A stretch of 63,921 nucleotides of DNA, counting the filler. It is 5 parts of 5 records of this genome, joined end to end, with 100 filler letters (N's around TTAATTAATTAA, not from the genome) between each part and the next. Parts side by side here need not be neighbours in the genome. Positions count along the whole stretch, not along the records: positions 27,164 to 42,991 come from DRR723986_10069; 4 more parts are not named here. One strand, written 5' to 3'. Shown here piece by piece: positions 30,821 to 39,701 of the stretch. Made by a program: the position numbers and the translations under genes. The notes below the pieces were generated by a model, which was not told the DNA's origin, did not search any database, and worked only from the letters and a program-made list of their open reading frames with translations. Position 1 is the stretch's first letter. The number at the start of each line of letters is the position of its first letter.

Positions 30821-32321
30821 TGGCGAAAATACCTGCAAACTCCTCACGTAGAGCCTTTTTTTGCACTTTGCCCATGGTATTGCGCAGCAAGGCATCGACC
30901 AAAACGATATGCTTGGGCTGCTTGAACTTGGCCAATTGACCGTCCAGAGCCGCCCGGATTTGATCCACCGAAGTTCCGCCCCCCTCACACACAACAACAG
31001 CCACAACGCCCTCGCCAAAATCGGGATGTGGCACACCAATGACGGCACTTTCCAGCACGCCGGGCAGATCATCAATCAGGCTTTCAACCTCTTTGGGGTA
31101 GACGTTAAAGCCCCCGGTGATGATCAGATCCTTTTCACGTCCCACAATTGTGACGTAGCCATCGCTATCGACCTTGGCCAAATCACCAGTGATGAACCAA
31201 CCGTCAGGGCGCAGCTCTTCGGCGGTCTTTTCTGGCATCTGCCAATAGCCCTGAAACACATTGGCGCCGCGCACTTCCAACACACCGATGTCGCCCGTCG
31301 CGACTTCGCCACCGTCTACCATCACCCGCGCCTCGACACCCGGCAGCGGGAATCCAACGGTTCCCGCGCGCCGCTCGCCCTCATACGGATTCGAGGTGCT
31401 CATGTTGGTTTCGGTCATGCCATAGCGTTCCAGAATGCGGTGGCCGGTGCGCTGTTCCCACTGCTCATGCGTATCCACCAACAAAGGCGCAGAACCGGAA
31501 ATGAACAACCGCATGTTCGCCGCGCGTTCCGGGGTCAGACGATCATCCGCAAGCAATCGGGTGTAAAACGTGGGAACCCCCATCAGGGCCGTGGCCGTGG
31601 GCATCGCTTCAAGGATCGCGTCAGGATCAAACCCCGGCAGCAGCACCACTTGCGCCCCGGCCAACAGCGCCACGTTGGTTGCCACAAACAATCCGTGCGT
31701 ATGAAAGATCGGCAAGGCATGGATCAAGACATCCTCAGCCGTGAACTGCCAATAATCCCGCAGGGTGGCCGAGTTCGAGGCAAGGTTGGCATGGCTCAGC
31801 ATCGCGCCCTTGGATCGCCCTGTGGTGCCCGAAGTGTACAAAATCGCGGCCAAATCCCCCATTTCACGCGCAACCGGGTCAAAGCCGCCCTGCGTATCGG
31901 CCAGATCCCGCAGACTGCCCCGCCCCGCCGGGTCCAGTGTCATCACCTGCGCCGTACCCGCAATGGTCGAAATCTCATCCACCCGCGCAGGATCACAGAC
32001 AACCACCCGCGGGCTGGCATCGCCCACGAAATAAGCCACTTCGGGTCCTGTATAGGCCGTGTTCAGCGGCAGAAAAATCCCACCCGCCATCACCGTTCCC
32101 AGATAGAGTTCAATGGCCTGAATGGTTTTACCCACCTGCACCGCAACCCGATCCCCCGGCACCACACCACAAGACACCAAAGCCGACGCCATCCGTTCCG
32201 CACCCGCAAACAACGCCCCAAACGTCACCGTTTCACCGCCCATTAGATGCGCAAACACTTCGGTTTCACGCCCAACCGATGCTGCACGCAGCTGTGAAAT
32301 CAAATGGTTCTGGGTATACAT
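30813..32321 (-). CDS. matB: Malonyl-CoA synthetase (MatB-like acyl-CoA synthetase)
   Basis: YTSGTTGRSKG, ALPIFHTHGLFVA, SGSAPL, ERYGMTET, MGKVQK; GAGGAG RBS before ATG 32321. Confidence 0.88.
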   Translation of the reverse strand: MYTQNHLISQLRAASVGRETEVFAHLMGGETVTFGALFAGAERMASALVSCGVVPGDRVAVQVGKTIQAIELYLGTVMAGGIFLPLNTAYTGPEVAYFVGDASPRVVVCDPARVDEISTIAGTAQVMTLDPAGRGSLRDLADTQGGFDPVAREMGDLAAILYTSGTTGRSKGAMLSHANLASNSATLRDYWQFTAEDVLIHALPIFHTHGLFVATNVALLAGAQVVLLPGFDPDAILEAMPTATALMGVPTFYTRLLADDRLTPERAANMRLFISGSAPLLVDTHEQWEQRTGHRILERYGMTETNMSTSNPYEGERRAGTVGFPLPGVEARVMVDGGEVATGDIGVLEVRGANVFQGYWQMPEKTAEELRPDGWFITGDLAKVDSDGYVTIVGREKDLIITGGFNVYPKEVESLIDDLPGVLESAVIGVPHPDFGEGVVAVVVCEGGGTSVDQIRAALDGQLAKFKQPKHIVLVDALLRNTMGKVQKKALREEFAGIFANG

Positions 32322-32415
32322 GGTCGGCTCCTCATTCTGCGTCTGCACAATGGGTGACACACGAGGCAAAAATCAAGCGATTGATCTTTGGGATTCAAAA
32401 GCGCAGGTTCCCGCC

Positions 32416-33354
32416 ATGGCAAAAGCATTAACCGCGAACCGGCCTATTTTGGCCGTCACCCTCAAAACTTGCGCGATTTTTCTGTTCACGGCGATGGCCG
32501 CGCTCGTCAAATCCCTGTCCGATGACATTCCGGCGGGCGAAGCGGTGTTTTTTCGGTCATTTTTTGCCATTCCGGTCATTGTTGTCTGGCTAATTTCACG
32601 CGGTGAGCTGCGCCAAGGGTTGATTGCCAAAAAGCCGATGGGCCATTTCTGGCGCGGAGTCCTCGGGACCACAGCCATGGGCCTGACCTTCACTGGTTTG
32701 GGCTTACTGCCTCTGCCCGAGGTCACCGCCATTGGCTTTGCCACCCCCATCTTCACCCTTATCCTTGCAGCGATCATGCTGGGCGAACGGATCCGAATGA
32801 TCCGCATCGGGGCTGTGCTGATTGGTCTGGTCGGGGTTCTGATCATGCTCTGGCCCCGACTGGGCAGCGGGGCGTCCATGCAGGACACCGCAACCTTGGG
32901 CGCGATTTGCATTCTGGGCGCAACGCTGGCGCGCGGTTTTGTGCAGATCCACATCCGCCAGTTGGTTCAGTCTGACCACACAGCTGCGATCGTATTCTAC
33001 TTTTCTGCCACCGCTTCGCTGTTGTCCTTGCTGACCCTCCCGTTTGGCTGGGTTGTGCCCACGGCTGAGCAATTCGGCTTGCTGGTTTTGGCAGGCGTTG
33101 TCGGCGGCTGTGCGCAAATTCTTGTCACGTCGTCCTATCGCTTTGCCCCCGCATCCATGCTGGCGCCGTATGACTATTCCTCGATGCTGTTTGCCGTCTT
33201 TATTGGCTATGTTTGGTTCGCCGAACTGCCCACCATGGCAATGCTGGCTGGGGCGACGTTGGTTATTGGCGCCAATGCGCTGGTTGTCTGGCGCGAACAC
33301 CAGCTTGGATTGGAACGTGGCAAAGCCCGATCTGTCACAGATCCCAAAAGCTGA
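32416..33354 (+). CDS. DMT/EamA family transporter
   Basis: VFFRS, LGERI, LAPYDYS; 10 TM. Confidence 0.88.
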   Translation: MAKALTANRPILAVTLKTCAIFLFTAMAALVKSLSDDIPAGEAVFFRSFFAIPVIVVWLISRGELRQGLIAKKPMGHFWRGVLGTTAMGLTFTGLGLLPLPEVTAIGFATPIFTLILAAIMLGERIRMIRIGAVLIGLVGVLIMLWPRLGSGASMQDTATLGAICILGATLARGFVQIHIRQLVQSDHTAAIVFYFSATASLLSLLTLPFGWVVPTAEQFGLLVLAGVVGGCAQILVTSSYRFAPASMLAPYDYSSMLFAVFIGYVWFAELPTMAMLAGATLVIGANALVVWREHQLGLERGKARSVTDPKS

Positions 33355-33412
33355 TCTTTACCTTTCCGCCACAGCCCCTAGTGTGAGCGCGAAATTCTAC
33401 GAGGGTCCCCCG

Positions 33413-34012
33413 ATGAGCGACGCGAACGATCACAAAGAAAAGATGAAAGAGGTGCAGACCAAGCACCGCGAACGGGTCTCGCAATTGCAGGACCCTGAGC
33501 AAGGTCTGGTGCTGATCCACACGGGCAAGGGCAAAGGCAAATCCTCGTCCGCCTTTGGGGTCGTGGTGCGTGCCTTGGGCTGGGGTCACAAGGTTGCTGT
33601 GGTTCAGTTCATCAAGGGCAAATGGAGAACCGGCGAGCGCCGCTTTTTCGAAGAGCACGGTCTGGTGACATGGCACACCATGGGCGAAGGGTTCACCTGG
33701 GACACCCAAGACAAAGAACGCGATATCGCCGCCGCGCAGGCCGCGTTCAAAAAGGCAGCCGACCTGATCGCCAGTGGCGAATATGATCTGGTTGTTCTGG
33801 ATGAGATCAACATTGCCCTGCGCTATGAATACCTGAGTGTTGAGCAGGTCATCGAAGGGTTGGATGCCCGCACCGACAAAACCGGCGTGATCCTGACCGG
33901 TCGCGATGCCCCCGAGGCGCTGTGCGACTACGCCGATCTGGTGACCGAGATGACGGAAATCAAACATCCGTTCAAAGCCGGCATCAAAGCCCAGCGCGGC
34001 GTCGACTTTTAA
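33413..34012 (+). CDS. cobO: Cob(I)yrinic acid a,c-diamide adenosyltransferase
   Basis: TGKGKGKSSSAFG, QFIKGKW, MGEGFTW, LDEINIAL, KHPF..GIKAQRGVDF. Confidence 0.95.
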   Translation: MSDANDHKEKMKEVQTKHRERVSQLQDPEQGLVLIHTGKGKGKSSSAFGVVVRALGWGHKVAVVQFIKGKWRTGERRFFEEHGLVTWHTMGEGFTWDTQDKERDIAAAQAAFKKAADLIASGEYDLVVLDEINIALRYEYLSVEQVIEGLDARTDKTGVILTGRDAPEALCDYADLVTEMTEIKHPFKAGIKAQRGVDF

Positions 34013-34015
34013 TCC

Positions 34016-34891
34016 ATGAGTCTTCAAGCGGAGAATATCCGCGGCAGCCTGTTGATGGTTGCCGCGATGGCGGCTTTTGCGCTTGAGGATATGTTCATCA
34101 AATCCGCCACGCAGACCCTGCCAGTGGGTCAGGTGCTGATCATCTTTGGCGCTGGCGGGTTTCTTGTCTTTGCCGCTATGGCACGGTTGCGGGGTGAATC
34201 GGTGTTTGGTGACAGCGCCCCCTCGCGGACGTTGTGCATCCGCTCTGTTTTCGAAATCATGGGACGGCTGTGTTTCACACTGGCTTTGGCCCTGACCCCA
34301 CTGTCAAACGCATCGGCCATTTTGCAAGCAACCCCTTTGGTGGTCGCTATCGGCGCGGCCGTGTTCTTTGGCGAAACCGTGGGGTGGCGCCGTTGGACCG
34401 CCATTCTGGTCGGCTTGTGCGGGGTGCTGATCATTCTGCGTCCGGGGCTCAGCGGGTTTGAACCCGCGTCAATCTTTGCCGTTCTTGGCACCATCGGGTT
34501 TGCGGGCCGCGATCTGGCCACCAAGGCGGCGCCACCCCAACTGACAAACGCGCAGCTGGGGGTCTATGGGTTTCTGGTTCTGGTCTTTTCGGGAGTTCTC
34601 GCGCTGTCTTGGACTGGCGGAGCAACCCTGCCTAGCCTGATAACCGCTATGAAATTGCTGGCCGCAATCGCATTTGGCGTCTTGGCCTATAACGCCTTAA
34701 CTGGTGCAATGCGTCAGGGCGAGGTGTCGGTCATCGCGCCATTCCGGTACACCCGGTTGATTTTTGCAATGATTTTGGGCGTCGTAGTCTTTGCCGAACG
34801 TCCCGACACATTCACCCTGATCGGCAGCGCCATCGTCATTCTAAGCGGGCTTTACACCGTGTTACGGGAACGTCGTATATCGCGCGCTTGA
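34016..34891 (+). CDS. DMT/EamA family transporter
   Basis: GETVGWRRW, IAPFRYTRL; 10 TM. Confidence 0.88.
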   Translation: MSLQAENIRGSLLMVAAMAAFALEDMFIKSATQTLPVGQVLIIFGAGGFLVFAAMARLRGESVFGDSAPSRTLCIRSVFEIMGRLCFTLALALTPLSNASAILQATPLVVAIGAAVFFGETVGWRRWTAILVGLCGVLIILRPGLSGFEPASIFAVLGTIGFAGRDLATKAAPPQLTNAQLGVYGFLVLVFSGVLALSWTGGATLPSLITAMKLLAAIAFGVLAYNALTGAMRQGEVSVIAPFRYTRLIFAMILGVVVFAERPDTFTLIGSAIVILSGLYTVLRERRISRA

Positions 34892-35127
34892 CCGCTTGAA
34901 AATCGCACCAACTTTTCATCTGCGGCGACCTGTGTGTCGCTGACCTGTTGGGGCGGGCCGGCTTGGCTGGACACGGAACCGAGGGGAACCACGTTTGGCT
35001 GCATATGTATTTGAGCCAACCTTTGGCTCCGCTGCTCGATATACTCCAAAAGCTCCGCATTCAGCGCACACCCATAAACGGATGCTGTTTCGTGCATCGA
35101 AAACAAGTCGGCAAACGGATCTCGCAT
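34852..35127 (-). CDS. hypothetical protein, about 91 aa
   Basis: MRDPFADLFSMH..., AAGGGA RBS; overlaps the EamA 3' end by 40 nt; no recognisable family. Confidence 0.5.
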   Translation of the reverse strand: MRDPFADLFSMHETASVYGCALNAELLEYIEQRSQRLAQIHMQPNVVPLGSVSSQAGPPQQVSDTQVAADEKLVRFSSGQARDIRRSRNTV

Positions 35128-35282
35128 CAACTTTCCCTTGATTAGAGCCTGTTCTTGGCTCTGTGGTCGTTTCCGGGACAGCGGCAGAACCGCGCGATGT
35201 CGCCACATGCTGACCGTCCTGCAGGCCGCCCCGAAACTGTGAATTCAAAGAGCTGGGTGCAGGTGCATCTGGCAGTTATCGC

Positions 35283-35307
35283 TTATCTGACTATTTTAGT
35301 CGGATAA
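35283..35307. promoter_or_regulatory. Iron-Rhodo-box / IscR-type operator
   Basis: Near-perfect palindrome TTATCTGACTA-TTT-TAGTCGGATAA. Confidence 0.7.
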
Positions 35308-35455
35308 AGCAAGTGCAAAACCACCCCCTATCAAAAAAATGTATCCCTGCCCTGCTTTCCACCCAATCGAGCCCGGAAACTCATATTGAAAGGTCAAAGC
35401 AACCCGCCCATGTTAGGTGTATTGAACGTTCCACTTGCACCAAGGGAGACATGAT

Positions 35456-35716
35456 TTGACTGATTCAAACGATACCGCGAGCCTGGTTGAGGATCTAAAA
35501 ACCACGCGCGACGAGCTCAAGCTCAAGGCGCACCTGTTCGAAATGGATATGAAGAATGAATGGGCTGACCTGGAAAAGAAATGGGATGGTCTGGATCTGA
35601 ATATGGATGACGCCACAGACGCTGCCAAAGAATCCGCAGGCAATGTTGGCGCTGCGGCCAGCCTGCTGATCGAAGAGCTTGGCAAAGGCTACAAAAAGAT
35701 CAAAGACGCCCTTTAA
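35456..35716 (+). CDS. Small acidic coiled-coil hypothetical protein
   Basis: RDELKLKAHL...EWADLEKKW; AAGGGAGA RBS fits TTG at 35456. Confidence 0.75.
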   Translation: MTDSNDTASLVEDLKTTRDELKLKAHLFEMDMKNEWADLEKKWDGLDLNMDDATDAAKESAGNVGAAASLLIEELGKGYKKIKDAL

Positions 35717-35742
35717 ACTGATACTTGTCTGCTGAAAATATC

Positions 35743-35770
35743 CACCCGGCTGCGATGAAACAGCCGGGTG
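35743..35770. terminator. Hairpin between convergent genes
   Basis: CACCCGGCTG-N8-CAGCCGGGTG perfect 10-bp stem. Confidence 0.65.
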
Positions 35771-35789
35771 AAAAAGGGCAAATAGGCCT

Positions 35790-37355
35790 TTATAGAGCCT
35801 GAATTTCAGGGTCTAGCGTGACAGACCACAGCTCAGTATCAGCGCGATCCATCAAACGCACTTTCATCTGCTGGGTGCCACCGTCGATATCCACCAGACC
35901 AAAGAACTGCAGCCCTTCGCTGGGCGGCAAGTTGACCTGCCCGGCTTCTGGCGCTTTGACGAATTTCACCTCGGGACCAAAGGTGCCATCCATTGCGTTC
36001 GGGCCAAACGTCCCGGCATGCAATGGGCCGGACACAAATTCCCAGAACGGGTCAAAGTCCTGAAACTGGGCTTTGTCGGGGTTGTAGAAATGCGCCGCTG
36101 TGTAATGCACGTCAGCGGTGAACCAGACGGTGTTCTTGATTCCAGCCGTTTTGATGAATCGCAGCAGATCCGCGAATTCCAGCTCGCGCCCTTTTGCCGG
36201 ACCATTGTCACCGTTTGCCACGGCCTCGGCCCCAGCCTGTTCTTTCCAATTGTCCCAAACCACAAGACCGATAGGCATATCACAGGCGATGACCTTCCAC
36301 GTAGCCTTGGATGCCGCCAGTTCGCGCTTGAGCCACGCCATCTGCTCGGCCCCCATGATGGACGACGCGGGTGTGATCTCATCCTCCATCGAGGCGCCGT
36401 TGGGTCCGCGATACGACCGAAGATCCAGGAAAAACACATCCAGCATCGGACCATAGGCGATTTTGCGGTACACGCGGCCGGGTTCAGCAGGCGTGATACG
36501 CAGCGGGGTCATTTCATGGAACGCCCGCGCGGACCGGGATTGCAGAACGTGAACCGATTTCTCGGTATAGCGATCATCGCTGATCAGATCCTTGGCGCTG
36601 GACCAGTTGTTCACAACCTCATGGTCATCCCACTGCATGAACGTGGGGCACATCGCGTTCATCGCCTGCACGTGCTCGTCCATCAGGTTGTATTTCCACT
36701 GACCGCGGAATTCATCCAGCGACTCAGCCACTTTGCGTTTCTCGTCGATCAGCGTGGTGTTTTTCCAGATCAGCTTTCCGTCTTTTTCGACCTCATCCTG
36801 CATCAGACCATCAGCATAAATGGTGTCGCCCGAGTGGATAAAGAAATCCGGTTTGTGCTGTGCCATGGTCGCATAAGTGCGCATGCCGTCGTCATCAATG
36901 CCCCACCCTTGGCCAGCTGTATCGCCAGACCATGCAAATTTCACATCGCGGCGCGAGGTGGGCGCAGTGCGGAATTGCCCCACAATAGGCTCTGATGTGG
37001 CGCTGATGTCGTTCAGATCAGCCGCAACAAAACGATAAAAGATGTCCTGATCCGACGGCAGCCCGTCAACCAGACGCTTGATCGCCATGTCACTGTTTGG
37101 GGTGGCAAACATCGGTGACAGCTGGCGCGCCTCGGCAAAGCTCTCGGTTGTGGATACTTCCATCATCACCTTGGCGGGGCGATCCGTGCGGGTCCAGATC
37201 ATACCCGATGCGGTGTCAACATCGCCCGATTGGACCCCATGGGTGAACACTGGCCGCGCAGAGGCGCGGCTGATCGACGGCATGGCAAGGGATGCGGCAA
37301 CGGCGGTGCCACCGGCAAGAAACGCCCGGCGTGAGGGGAGGATAAATTTGGTCAT
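35790..37355 (-). CDS. phoD: Alkaline phosphatase D (Tat-exported)
   Basis: Tat signal SRRAFL, HGVQSGD, HSGDTIYAD, WDDHEV, TADVHY; GGAGA RBS before ATG 37355. Confidence 0.92.
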   Translation of the reverse strand: MTKFILPSRRAFLAGGTAVAASLAMPSISRASARPVFTHGVQSGDVDTASGMIWTRTDRPAKVMMEVSTTESFAEARQLSPMFATPNSDMAIKRLVDGLPSDQDIFYRFVAADLNDISATSEPIVGQFRTAPTSRRDVKFAWSGDTAGQGWGIDDDGMRTYATMAQHKPDFFIHSGDTIYADGLMQDEVEKDGKLIWKNTTLIDEKRKVAESLDEFRGQWKYNLMDEHVQAMNAMCPTFMQWDDHEVVNNWSSAKDLISDDRYTEKSVHVLQSRSARAFHEMTPLRITPAEPGRVYRKIAYGPMLDVFFLDLRSYRGPNGASMEDEITPASSIMGAEQMAWLKRELAASKATWKVIACDMPIGLVVWDNWKEQAGAEAVANGDNGPAKGRELEFADLLRFIKTAGIKNTVWFTADVHYTAAHFYNPDKAQFQDFDPFWEFVSGPLHAGTFGPNAMDGTFGPEVKFVKAPEAGQVNLPPSEGLQFFGLVDIDGGTQQMKVRLMDRADTELWSVTLDPEIQAL

Positions 37356-37491
37356 TGTGAACTCTCCTGTCTGGCGGTCAAAAAAACCGCGCGATTGGTG
37401 AGCCCCAAAAAGCCGCGACATTGTAAACGCCACGGCTCAATCTCATGAAGCTATCACAATGATATTGTGACAGTGCGGTTGGTGCAAAGCT

Positions 37492-37857
37492 TTAGGCCGC
37501 TACAGTCGCCTCTGGCGCGCTCAGTGAAATCACTGCCACCACCGCCGCACCATTGATCCAGTAAAACAGCGCATCAATGCCGCCAAACCCGAACAACCCC
37601 GGTGCCACGATAAAGAGGATGCCCACGGTCAGATCCACCGCCTGATGGAACTTGTAAGGCAACACCCGCCAGATGCCGAGATGATGATCGGTAAACACCG
37701 TCAGCACAAACGCCGCGCCACCGGTTACCACCGACAACCACAACGCCAACGGGTTCGACGCCCCAAGGCCCAGCACAAAGGGCAGCCCCATCAGGGCAAA
37801 CGCAACAGGGTAATCCAGATAGGCGTGGATCGACCGAGACACAAAACGAACAGACAT
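37492..37857 (-). CDS. Small 4-TM membrane protein (SPW-repeat-like)
   Basis: IHAYLDY, LTVFTDH, H..VD..VG..APGLFGF duplicated motif. Confidence 0.75.
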   Translation of the reverse strand: MSVRFVSRSIHAYLDYPVAFALMGLPFVLGLGASNPLALWLSVVTGGAAFVLTVFTDHHLGIWRVLPYKFHQAVDLTVGILFIVAPGLFGFGGIDALFYWINGAAVVAVISLSAPEATVAA

Positions 37858-37979
37858 TTGGGTATCCTTTCCAGATAAGAGATACCCATACGATACTGGC
37901 GAACTCTGGTACGCAGCAGCCCAGCACGTTCGCCAAACCCTGCAGATCGTACAGAAAGGGCGGCGCTTTGATGCACCGT

Positions 37980-39551
37980 CTACTTATCCTTTATCTTTGC
38001 CTGCGCAACCTGGCGCAAGGCGTCCTCGATCGCGGTCAAAACAACGCGGCGCGTGGCTTCGTCCAACGGCTCAAGATCCAGCGTCAGATTCCCGTCTTCG
38101 CCGACCTCTGTCACCGGTGATATCGCCACGTCAGGAGTCGCATTTTTAATATGATAGGGAATGATTTTGCGGGCGATGCCTTTGAATTCAACCGGATCAG
38201 ACGGATCAGCATCCACAAAATCACGCACATGCGCGTAGGTTTCATAGCTCAATACAATGCCGCCGGGGTCGGCGATCCCTTCGAGCCGTGCCGCCAGATT
38301 CGCCTCGGCCCCGATGATGGTGTAATCCATGCGATCTGCCGATCCGAAATTGCCAACGTTGCAATACCCAGTATTGATCCCCATCCGGGCCTTGAACGGA
38401 TGTTCCAACCCCTGTTCGTTCCAGACTTGCCCCAGCTCGGCCAACCGCGCCTGCATGGCCAATGCCATCTTAACACACGCACGTGCATCTTCTTTGGCCC
38501 CCAAGGTTTCCGGGTCCCCAAAAAACGCCACAATGGCGTCCCCGATAAACTTGTCGATGGTGGCCCCGTGGGCTTCGGCAATCTTGGACATTTCGGTGAA
38601 ATATTGGTTCAATAACTCTGTCAGCTCTTCGGGCTGCATCCGTTCGGTTGTGGCGGTGAAATCTTTGATGTCAGAAAAGAACACCGTCAGCTTTTTCCGC
38701 TCGGTCGAGATCGACGCGTCCCGTTCCCCCGAAAAGATCGACTTATAGACTTGCGGAGACAGATATTTGGAAATCTTGACCGAAATATCCGCCAAAAACT
38801 TGTTGTTCTCTGCCAGTTCATCATTCAACCGACTGAACCCGCTGGCCAGTCGAAATTGTATCGCGGCGAACAGCCCGCCGATGGTTCCGGCCACCGCGAA
38901 ATACAGCAGCAACCACTTGAACGACCACAGGTTCAACGCCACCGGCTGACGCACCGACACCGTTTGAACCGCACGAATATCACCGACTTTCCAATCCCGC
39001 TTGGGGCTTTCGGGATGCGCATTGTGGCAAGACACACAAGACCCGGACATGATCACCGGCGTGGCCAGCGTAATTTCGCGATTGCGGACATTGCCGGTTG
39101 AATTGGTCAGAAAGGTCGCGCCAGTCGGGTTTTGGCGAAACTCTGTCAGAGCCCGTTTTTCAAAATCATCCAACGTATGCGCGGGACGGTTGGTAAAGGT
39201 ATAATCCGAAACGAACCGATACCGAACATCCCCCTCAGTCGCCCCGATCTCTTTCCCCAGCTCCAAGGACAGCGTGGCCGGAATCGGGATTGCCCCCGCT
39301 ACATCCAAATAGTTATGCAACGTTTGCGTATCGCCGTCTGTGCTGAGAATCCGGCCCACAACGTTCTTGGCGTAATAAGACCGCACCGCCGTGATGATCC
39401 CGTTCAGGCTGCTTGCCTGCCGACGCAGCGTTTCATCCGACAGGTTCCGCAGATCCATCCAGATCGCAATCGGCAAAGCGGTCATTGCCACCAGAACCAA
39501 GACTACCAACCATTGCGGCCTCTTCAGGAAAAAACGCCCAAACTGGTCCAT
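37980..39551 (-). CDS. Class III adenylate cyclase with periplasmic heme c (DUF3365-like) sensor domain
   Basis: TM, PIPAT, CVSCH..HP.SPKRDWKVGD, TM, FSDIKDFT, DKFIGD, YTIIGAEANLAARLE. Confidence 0.88.
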   Translation of the reverse strand: MDQFGRFFLKRPQWLVVLVLVAMTALPIAIWMDLRNLSDETLRRQASSLNGIITAVRSYYAKNVVGRILSTDGDTQTLHNYLDVAGAIPIPATLSLELGKEIGATEGDVRYRFVSDYTFTNRPAHTLDDFEKRALTEFRQNPTGATFLTNSTGNVRNREITLATPVIMSGSCVSCHNAHPESPKRDWKVGDIRAVQTVSVRQPVALNLWSFKWLLLYFAVAGTIGGLFAAIQFRLASGFSRLNDELAENNKFLADISVKISKYLSPQVYKSIFSGERDASISTERKKLTVFFSDIKDFTATTERMQPEELTELLNQYFTEMSKIAEAHGATIDKFIGDAIVAFFGDPETLGAKEDARACVKMALAMQARLAELGQVWNEQGLEHPFKARMGINTGYCNVGNFGSADRMDYTIIGAEANLAARLEGIADPGGIVLSYETYAHVRDFVDADPSDPVEFKGIARKIIPYHIKNATPDVAISPVTEVGEDGNLTLDLEPLDEATRRVVLTAIEDALRQVAQAKIKDK

Positions 39552-39701
39552 GTGACTATCCTAACTCAAATGCGCGGCACCGGAATAATTAAGGCCATGA
39601 TACCCACAAAACCCCTCAAGCGAATATATATTTAGATTTCAAACGCACCAATAACTGGGCCTGCACTGCGCGTCCTCGGGTCAGAGATACCAGATCCCGG
39701 C

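Noticed and set aside
30861-32246. 461-aa plus-strand ORF
   Set aside because: Antisense shadow of matB with no motifs; typical of GC-rich DNA
36018-36995. 325-aa plus-strand ORF
   Set aside because: Antisense shadow of phoD
8958-37355. One Pho regulon joining phoBR-pst with phoD
   Set aside because: They are on different contigs that appear to come from different classes of bacteria
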